From positions 11,548 through 35,547 of the forward strand of contig JBAUJE010000237.1 in assembly GCA_049683475.1 (NCBI GenBank): a stretch of 24,000 nt of DNA. The letters are read 5' to 3'. Origin of the DNA: Coleofasciculaceae cyanobacterium. GTDB taxonomy: Bacteria > Cyanobacteriota > Cyanobacteriia > Cyanobacteriales > Coleofasciculaceae. The notes beneath the pieces were generated by a model. That model ran no database searches. It was given only the letters and a program-made list of their open reading frames with translations, and was not told the DNA's origin. Every line of letters starts with the position of its first letter. The first letter of the stretch is position 1. The position numbers were made by a program, and so were the translations under genes. Positions 18,508 through 24,000 of this stretch are shown here, piece by piece.

Positions 18508-19236
18508 TTAATAATTTTCGCTTCCTGGCAAATTAGCCAACCATTCCTGCTCGTCTGAACTATCCTTAGCAACTACTAAATAACTATTATTCTGCTTGTC
18601 AATTACTAAAACTTGGCTACCACGAGCAGGTATAATTTTTGCCCAGTTTGGTAAATTGGCATTAATTGTGACAAGATTACGGGCTTGGTCGAGAACATCT
18701 ACCTGACCGATTTTACTTTGACCTTCTGGGGGAATTAAGGAAGAACTGACAGTACCGTGACAACCAATTAGACGTTCACTACTGGCATCTTCCCCAAAGG
18801 AGGCAAAAACTTTACCCAAGGGTTGGGAAATTAAACCCCCGACAAACAGGCTAATTAATAATGACACCCCTGAAACAGCGCCAGCAAAAAAACCAGTTGG
18901 AATATTGCCAGTGATACCCCCAAGGATGACATTGAGTATCCATCCTGTAACACCCAAAATACTAAAGTCAGTTGCTAGAAGCAAAATTATAGGGACTTTA
19001 CCAATACCTAACCAGCCAAGGATTTGACCTAAACTCAACTCACCGTTGGCATCTGTGTTTGTATCAATGTCCCAAGGACTGAGATTAGTATCTATGTCGG
19101 CATCAACATCGACATCAACATCGGCATCGGTATTAAGGCTATCTTCCCCTCCACCGGAAACAATGACCAATAAAAATAGTAAGACTCCCATACCCAGGAA
19201 GATCCAGTAGGGTAGGTTGGCTAGATCAAACAGCAT
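18508..19236 (-). CDS. NfeD/YqiJ-like membrane protein with predicted C-terminal OB-fold
   Basis: The supplied ORF runs to 19392, but MLFDLANLPYWIFLGMGVLLFLLVIVSGGG starting at ATG 19236 is the more natural N-terminus. Several TM segments, then GCHGTVSSSLIPPEGQSKIGQVDV. Located immediately upstream of the flotillin-like gene, same strand. Confidence 0.75.
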   Translation of the reverse strand: MLFDLANLPYWIFLGMGVLLFLLVIVSGGGEDSLNTDADVDVDVDADIDTNLSPWDIDTNTDANGELSLGQILGWLGIGKVPIILLLATDFSILGVTGWILNVILGGITGNIPTGFFAGAVSGVSLLISLFVGGLISQPLGKVFASFGEDASSERLIGCHGTVSSSLIPPEGQSKIGQVDVLDQARNLVTINANLPNWAKIIPARGSQVLVIDKQNNSYLVVAKDSSDEQEWLANLPGSENY

Positions 19237-19687
19237 GGACAGTAGCGATCGCGAAGCTTGGGTTAAATTGTGACTTTCGTCAAACCAATCTAGCCTAGCC
19301 ACTGGCAAGGGAAAATAGGTAAAACCGATACTATTTTTAACTCTGGGCTTAATTACCATCGTTAGCGAAGCCGCTGGATGATTTCTCTTCAATAACCCGT
19401 TAGACTTTTATAACTATATAGATATTCGCTCAGTTAACTTCTTTTCTATTAACTTATATAGCAATTCTCATTTCCATGAGGCGCATTGAATTTTCTTACC
19501 GACTCCTGACCCCCTACAATTCAGGGCTTTATAGCTTACAAGTGCGAAAAACTCTACAAATTAGGCTTTTCTCCATCAGATTGATTAGTAACTATTAAGT
19601 AGTAATTATTTTTTTGCGCTCTTCCCAATCAACTAGTAATGTAAACTTATGTAAATCCTACTTTTCCTACTTTAGACTAGTGATAAG

Positions 19688-19716
19688 AGTCACAACAAAT
19701 AAGATTTGGAGTCACA
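19688..19716. promoter_or_regulatory. Pair of direct repeats upstream of the DUF4278 ORF
   Basis: AGTCACA at 19688-19694 and 19710-19716, exactly 22 bp apart, each followed by an A/T-rich AAATAA-type tail. Confidence 0.4.
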
Positions 19717-19777
19717 TAAATAATCTTTTGATGACCAGATAATTTAATTAATCGATAAGATAAAAAAAGGAAGAAAA

Positions 19778-20110
19778 ATGGCGCTTAACTACAGAGGTAT
19801 TTCTCACGAAAAGGCAGAGCAGTTTCAAGTTGTATCTGATAATAGAGCCAAATTTAACCAAAGCACAAAGACCAAACTTTGCTACCGAGGTGTTCCCTAC
19901 GAGAAGAAGAACAACCAGTTTAAAATTGTTGAATCCGAGAGTGAAGCAAAATTCCGTGGTCGCTACTACATGATTCATCGGACATCAGTTCAAGTACCAG
20001 TCACTAAGCCAGTTAATGTTTCTGAGTCTAAACCAGAAACCGTGCTGAGGTTCCTTGGTCGTCGCTATGCTATTTCCCCTATATTTGTTGAACCGGTTAG
20101 ACAATTTTAA
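19778..20110 (+). CDS. DUF4278-type small protein with internal repeats
   Basis: 110 aa. Repeated LxYRGxxYE-like units: MALNYRGISHEK, KLCYRGVPYEKK, AKFRGRYYMIHR, VLRFLGRRYAI. Preceded by an AAAGGAAG RBS. Confidence 0.78.
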   Translation: MALNYRGISHEKAEQFQVVSDNRAKFNQSTKTKLCYRGVPYEKKNNQFKIVESESEAKFRGRYYMIHRTSVQVPVTKPVNVSESKPETVLRFLGRRYAISPIFVEPVRQF

Positions 20111-20224
20111 TTTTGATCTGCTATTGATTTCCCTGGTTAATAACCAATAGAAATAGGGCAGAAAATAGCCATCAACCTAGCGCTGTTATCTGCCTTAATG
20201 TGCTATCTCGATTCAGTTAACAGG

Positions 20225-21052
20225 TTAGCTCACATCCTGAAGCAGTTTCTCAATCATTTCAGGACTTAACTGCTTAATATTATTGAGTACTATTCTGGCC
20301 TCAGCCGCCTTTAGGGTTTGCTCGTAGGTTTTGCTGCGTTCTGGTGTTTCCTGAACGTGAGGCGGTAAAATACCCACACCAATCCAAGTACGTCCAGGGT
20401 AAACAGTTCGAGCTTTTCTGACTGTATATAAATCGGCGACGGTATCTCCTGCGTAGATAACTGGTAGCTCAATTTCACGCTGATGTCGCTGCTCTAAGAG
20501 CTTAACTGTTGCTAATAAACCTGTAGGATCAGGTTTGCTAGGAGCATCTTCCATGGCAACCAGCACAGGACTTTGCAGACCTAAGCGTCCTTCTAGAGCA
20601 TACTTAGCTTCATCCTGTGTTGCACCACTGAAAAATCCCCAGAGAATGCCTGCTGCTGTTAGATTTTCCAGATAGCTAGCTTCTAGCAGCAATGGTTCAT
20701 TACAGATGTAGCCTGTCCAATTTTCCGGGTTTGCTCCTCGGTAGCGACAGTTAAAATAGTCAACAAGAGCTTGGTAGTCAAGTTTTACCTGCTCCCTGGT
20801 TTGACCTTGAGCTTCAAAATGTCGATAAACTAACTCCCTAGATGCTTCCCAATCGTTATTCCAAACACCTTCAGACTTAAGTTGATCTATATCTGCCAAA
20901 CCAGGACGGTATGCACCGTCAGTATAGTACTCTACCGTATCGGCGATCGCCCGTCGGTAAGAGTTGCCAACGTCGCGAACAACACCATCTATGTCAAAAA
21001 CCACAATAGCTCTACTGTTTGGGGTAGATTCTGCCGATTTGAGATTGCTCAC
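20225..21052 (-). CDS. HAD-superfamily hydrolase, TIGR01548-like cyanobacterial type
   Basis: 275 aa, GTG start. VVFDIDGVVRDVGNSYRRAIADTVEYY, GFFSGATQDEAKYAL, VIYAGDTVADLYTV. Confidence 0.85.
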   Translation of the reverse strand: MSNLKSAESTPNSRAIVVFDIDGVVRDVGNSYRRAIADTVEYYTDGAYRPGLADIDQLKSEGVWNNDWEASRELVYRHFEAQGQTREQVKLDYQALVDYFNCRYRGANPENWTGYICNEPLLLEASYLENLTAAGILWGFFSGATQDEAKYALEGRLGLQSPVLVAMEDAPSKPDPTGLLATVKLLEQRHQREIELPVIYAGDTVADLYTVRKARTVYPGRTWIGVGILPPHVQETPERSKTYEQTLKAAEARIVLNNIKQLSPEMIEKLLQDVS

Positions 21053-21109
21053 CAGTCAAAAATCTTAAATTCAAAGCTTCTGAACCACTATATTCTGATG
21101 AACTACTCA

Positions 21110-21129
21110 CGACCTGCGTTGCTAGGTCG
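21110..21129 (-). repeat. Candidate right-end hairpin overlapping the tnpB stop codon; possible 3' part of an omega RNA
   Basis: CGACCT (21110-21115), loop GCGTTGCT, AGGTCG (21124-21129). The tnpB stop codon occupies 21122-21124. Confidence 0.6.
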
Positions 21130-22366
21130 GAGTTTCTGACGCTTCTTTGCCCCTAGTTGTCTCATGCAAACGCCAAGAGATAGAGCTAAGCGACTCTGCG
21201 TCTGAAGAGGACAGTTCCTGCCCCCTTGCCCAAATTAAGTTAACTTGAGCAGCATTAACATCACGATCCTCGATATGATCGCACTGAGGATTAGAGCAAA
21301 CATGTGTTCTATCGGCTAAAGTCTTAGGTGTTATTTCCCAGCATTTAGCACAACGTTGAGAAGGTTTGAGAGTACGAGTCGGTGACTCAAGGTAAAAGCC
21401 TCCTGCCTCGGTCGACTTATAGTCAAGCATTTGACTAATCACGGCAAATCCTACTTCTCGTATCGACCGATTTAGCCCTGCTTTTTGAGCTTTACCTTTA
21501 CTACCCTTAGCCTTACCCGTCATACCTTTAACGTTAAGCTGTTCACCAGCAATTAGGCTATTACCGCTAACTATATTACTGGTGAGTTTGTGTAGCCAAT
21601 CTGACCGTTGCCGAGTAACTTTACGTTGCGCCTTGGATACTTTTAAGCGAGTTTTCTTCCAACGCCGCGAGGCTTTAACTTTCTTGTTTCTGTTGGGGGA
21701 ACACTTGCGCCTTAGTTTCTTAGAAGCAGCTTTTACCTTTTTTAGACCTTGTTTAAGAAAGTTAGGCTTACCAACCTTCTCGCCAGTTGAAAAAGTTACT
21801 GCCTCCTTACAACCCAAATCAAGACCTATAGCACCTGCACCTGTTTCTCTTTGGGGTAAGCATTTGACAGTAATCGAGGCATACCATTTCCCGTGACGGT
21901 AAACAATAGTGCATGTCGTCGGCTTTCCCCAAGTACGCGCTTGACCCCGCATTTGTAATCTTCCCAAGTTAGAAAGAATGAGTCCACCGTTTTTACCGCT
22001 AGTTTCTACTTTCCATCCAGCATTACAGGGATATGTCCATCCTGAGTAATGCCTAATCGATTTAAATCTTGGGTATTTACCAAGACCTTTAAAGAAACGA
22101 GTAAAGGCAAAATCGACACGTTTTAAGGTGGCTTGCAGAGCATGAGAACCTAGTTCTTTATACTCAGTCCAGACTTGTTTGAACTCTGGTAAACAGTTTT
22201 GTTGCTCCAAGTAATTAACCGAGTGTTCAAACTTTTTGTATTGAGTAATCCTATTGGAAACCGCCGCGTTATAAAGATCTTTGTGCAAGCGCCTCCAATA
22301 GCTCAGCTTTTGAGACTGAGCCTTGGTTGGATATAAGCGAAACGTAACGCGGCGGGTTATACTCAT
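21122..22366 (-). CDS. tnpB: TnpB family RNA-guided nuclease / IS200/IS605 accessory protein
   Basis: 414 aa. RuvC-like acidic sites GAIGLDLG, IAGEQLNVKGMT and DRDVNAAQVNL. Zinc-finger cysteines CAKCW...CSNPQCDH. Confidence 0.93.
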   Translation of the reverse strand: MSITRRVTFRLYPTKAQSQKLSYWRRLHKDLYNAAVSNRITQYKKFEHSVNYLEQQNCLPEFKQVWTEYKELGSHALQATLKRVDFAFTRFFKGLGKYPRFKSIRHYSGWTYPCNAGWKVETSGKNGGLILSNLGRLQMRGQARTWGKPTTCTIVYRHGKWYASITVKCLPQRETGAGAIGLDLGCKEAVTFSTGEKVGKPNFLKQGLKKVKAASKKLRRKCSPNRNKKVKASRRWKKTRLKVSKAQRKVTRQRSDWLHKLTSNIVSGNSLIAGEQLNVKGMTGKAKGSKGKAQKAGLNRSIREVGFAVISQMLDYKSTEAGGFYLESPTRTLKPSQRCAKCWEITPKTLADRTHVCSNPQCDHIEDRDVNAAQVNLIWARGQELSSSDAESLSSISWRLHETTRGKEASETPT

Positions 22367-22392
22367 GGTCTGAGTTTAGCATTGAGTTTTAA

Positions 22393-22809
22393 ATGAAGTC
22401 AACCAAGTTAAAGTCTCGCGCCCACTGTGCTTACAATCTTAATGCTCATATTGTGTTTGTCACTAAGTATCGACGTAATGTTATCAATATTGAAATGCTC
22501 CAGACTTTGCAAAGTATTTTTACTAGACTTTGCTTGGCAAAAGAGTGTGAGTTGTTAGAATTTAGTGGCGAAACCGATCACGTACACTTGTTGATTAGTT
22601 ACCCTCCAAACGTTACGTTATCGAAGTTAATCAACAACCTCAAAGCTGTCTCCAGTAAGTTGATTCGTCAGCAGTTTTCTGAGCAAGTGAACAAGCACTA
22701 TAGTAAGCCCGTATTTTGGACTCAAGCGTACTGCATTATTTCTGCTGGTGGTGCACCACTAGATGTACTAAAAACCTATATTAATTCCCAGGAAAAACCT
22801 ACAAGCTGA
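22393..22809 (+). CDS. tnpA: IS200/IS605-family transposase TnpA (Y1 HUH transposase)
   Basis: 138 aa. HIVFVTKYRR, HUH motif TDHVHLLISYPP, catalytic-Tyr helix SAGGAPLDVLKTYINSQ. Confidence 0.93.
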   Translation: MKSTKLKSRAHCAYNLNAHIVFVTKYRRNVINIEMLQTLQSIFTRLCLAKECELLEFSGETDHVHLLISYPPNVTLSKLINNLKAVSSKLIRQQFSEQVNKHYSKPVFWTQAYCIISAGGAPLDVLKTYINSQEKPTS

Positions 22810-22857
22810 CTGCCGCTAACCCCTCCCTGACGAGCCTTGATGGGGAATGCGCGGCAG
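22810..22857. repeat. Long imperfect hairpin directly after the tnpA stop; candidate left-end structure
   Basis: CTGCCGC (22810-22816) and GCGGCAG (22851-22857), with inner CCCC/GGGG pairing. Confidence 0.6.
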
Positions 22858-22942
22858 AAACTGTTCAGTTGGGGGCTGAATACAGTAGAATTATTAATCG
22901 TACAGTGATTGTAAGAATCCTGGGAGCAACCTGGAGGTTTAT

Positions 22943-23242
22943 TTGTCGAAGTTTATTTTAAAAGTTCTCTGGCTTGAGGAGAATGTCGCATTAGCAGTCG
23001 ATCAAGTCGTGGGCAAAGGAACTAGCCCCTTGACCTGTTATTTCTTCTGGCCAAGGAACGATGCATGGCAACAGCTCAAGGATGAGTTGGAAGCCAAGCA
23101 TTGGATTGCAGAAATGGAGCGAGTCGAGTTGCTCAACAAAGCTACGGAAGTGATTAATTACTGGCAAGAGGAGGGACGGAAACGCCCCATGACCGAAGCC
23201 CAGACAAAGTTTCCAGAAGTTGCCTTTACTGGCAGTTCTTAG
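22943..23242 (+). CDS. Ribosomal protein PSRP-3 / Ycf65
   Basis: 99 aa. [55 protein letters not shown] matches the Ycf65/PSRP-3 family. TTG start with GGAGG at 22933-22937. Confidence 0.88.
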   Translation: MSKFILKVLWLEENVALAVDQVVGKGTSPLTCYFFWPRNDAWQQLKDELEAKHWIAEMERVELLNKATEVINYWQEEGRKRPMTEAQTKFPEVAFTGSS

Positions 23243-23299
23243 TTGCTATCGGCAGCTATACTTCATACCTACCATCCTTGGCAGGCTCAGAAATTAGGA

Positions 23300-23343
23300 A
23301 AAAGGCAAAAGGCAGTAATTGTTTCTGCTCTCTTGCCTTTTTT
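23300..23343. terminator. Terminator hairpin between convergent psrp-3 and atpC
   Basis: AAAAAGGCAA (23300-23309) and TTGCCTTTTT (23334-23343), 10-bp perfect stem with T/A tracts on both sides. Inner GCAG/CTGC pairing. Confidence 0.85.
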
Positions 23344-23348
23344 GTGTA

Positions 23349-23759
23349 TTAAACCATGCCGCCAGCAGCTTGAAAGCGAGCGCGTGCTCTTTTTAAAGCT
23401 TGAGTAGCTTGGATTTTTTCTTGGCGATTTTCACTGCTTTCAACTTGATTGAAACGCTCTTGAGCTTGGTTGAAAGCTTCTCTTGCTTGCTCTTTATCAA
23501 TTGTGTCACCTCGCTCAGCCGCGTTGACGAGAATTGTCACTTCATTGTTTTCAATCTCGGCAAATCCACCCATCAGAGCAATTGGCTGCCATTCTTTACC
23601 AGGACGGACTCGCATCACACCAATGTCAAGCGCTGTCAGGAGAGGAGCGTGTTCGCTAAGTATACCAAGCTGACCAGTTGTACTTGGCAGGATTACCTCT
23701 TCAGCCTCTGAATCCCAGACAGTTTTGTCGGGAGAAATTACACGAACAGTTAAAGCCAT
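23349..23759 (-). CDS. atpC: F-type ATP synthase epsilon subunit
   Basis: 136 aa. [47 protein letters not shown]. Confidence 0.96.
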   Translation of the reverse strand: MALTVRVISPDKTVWDSEAEEVILPSTTGQLGILSEHAPLLTALDIGVMRVRPGKEWQPIALMGGFAEIENNEVTILVNAAERGDTIDKEQAREAFNQAQERFNQVESSENRQEKIQATQALKRARARFQAAGGMV

Positions 23760-23790
23760 CAGTTAATTGTTAGTTGTTATTTGTTCGCAA

Positions 23791-23818
23791 GGTGGGGTGG
23801 TTGATAGTCCACCCCACC
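23791..23818. repeat. Stem-loop between atpD and atpC
   Basis: GGTGGGGTGG (23791-23800), loop TTGATAGT, CCACCCCACC (23809-23818), a 10-bp perfect stem. Confidence 0.85.
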
Positions 23819-23826
23819 AAATAGAA

Positions 23827-24000
23827 TTACTTGCTGCCTGACTTGATTTTCTCAGCTTTGGCGATCGCTTTATCAATATCGCCTACTAGGTAGAAAGCTT
23901 GTTCTGGCAAGTCATCCAATTCTCCATTGAGAATCATTTGGAATCCCTTAATAGTTTGCTCCAAGGAAACATACTCACCAGGAGAACCAGTAAAGACTTC
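23827..24000 (-). CDS. atpD: F-type ATP synthase beta subunit, C-terminal part (truncated at window edge)
   Basis: Reverse strand reads ...[52 protein letters not shown], with stop at 23827-23829. Confidence 0.95.
   Translation of the reverse strand, partial: EVFTGSPGEYVSLEQTIKGFQMILNGELDDLPEQAFYLVGDIDKAIAKAEKIKSGSK

Larger units (their letters stand above)
21105..22860. mobile_element. IS200/IS605-family insertion sequence with divergent tnpA and tnpB (boundaries approximate)
   Basis: TnpA (HUH/Y1) and TnpB start 26 bp apart and diverge. The unit is flanked by candidate end hairpins at 21110-21129 and 22810-22857. Exact cleavage sites cannot be fixed from one copy. Confidence 0.82.
1796..23868. 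other. Dispersed HIP1 octamers (GCGATCGC)
   Basis: Sites read by eye include 1796-1803, 2982-2989, 5489-5496, 12481-12488, 12753-12760, 17249-17256, 19245-19252, 20943-20950 and 23861-23868. The span given covers the dispersed sites; it is not one continuous feature. Confidence 0.85.

Noticed and set aside
19237-19392. 52-residue N-terminal extension of the NfeD/YqiJ-like ORF
   Set aside because: Hydrophilic non-family sequence before a natural membrane-protein start MLFDLANLPYWIFLG at 19236.
19748-19978. 76 aa reverse ORF opposite the DUF4278 gene
   Set aside because: Shadow of the repeated YRG coding sequence; its apparent internal repeats mirror those of the sense protein.
21582-21896. 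104 aa forward ORF inside tnpB
   Set aside because: Antisense frame across the conserved RuvC-coding portion of tnpB with no independent support.

Overview
This 24 kb window is cyanobacterial. The evidence is several HIP1 (GCGATCGC) palindromes, Ycf65/PSRP-3, GuaB3, DUF4278 and TIGR01548-type HAD proteins, and the atpD-atpC order. Most genes are housekeeping: the C-terminal end of a TPR protein, a Slt-type lytic transglycosylase, leucyl aminopeptidase, a LOG-family protein, thioredoxin, GuaB3, a flotillin-like protein with an NfeD/YqiJ-like partner, a HAD hydrolase, PSRP-3, atpC and the end of atpD. The two accessory regions are (i) a co-directional five-gene glycan cassette at 6195-14216 and (ii) a complete-looking divergent IS200/IS605-type element at about 21.1-22.86 kb. 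The cassette has a glycosidase-like/GT2/membrane fusion, an MsbA-like ABC exporter, a GT-B enzyme and two divergent paralogs related to glycosyltransferases. The IS element carries TnpA and a TnpB with RuvC acidic residues and a zinc finger. Less obvious signals are a 60-bp imperfect duplication of the fusion gene's translation start (50/60 identical, offset 97 bp), a G8 homopolymer inside that gene, several intergenic inverted repeats, a 16-bp tandem repeat, and a pair of direct repeats 22 bp apart upstream of the DUF4278 gene. I found no CRISPR array, tRNA or rRNA. No database searches were run, so family assignments come from recognised motifs.
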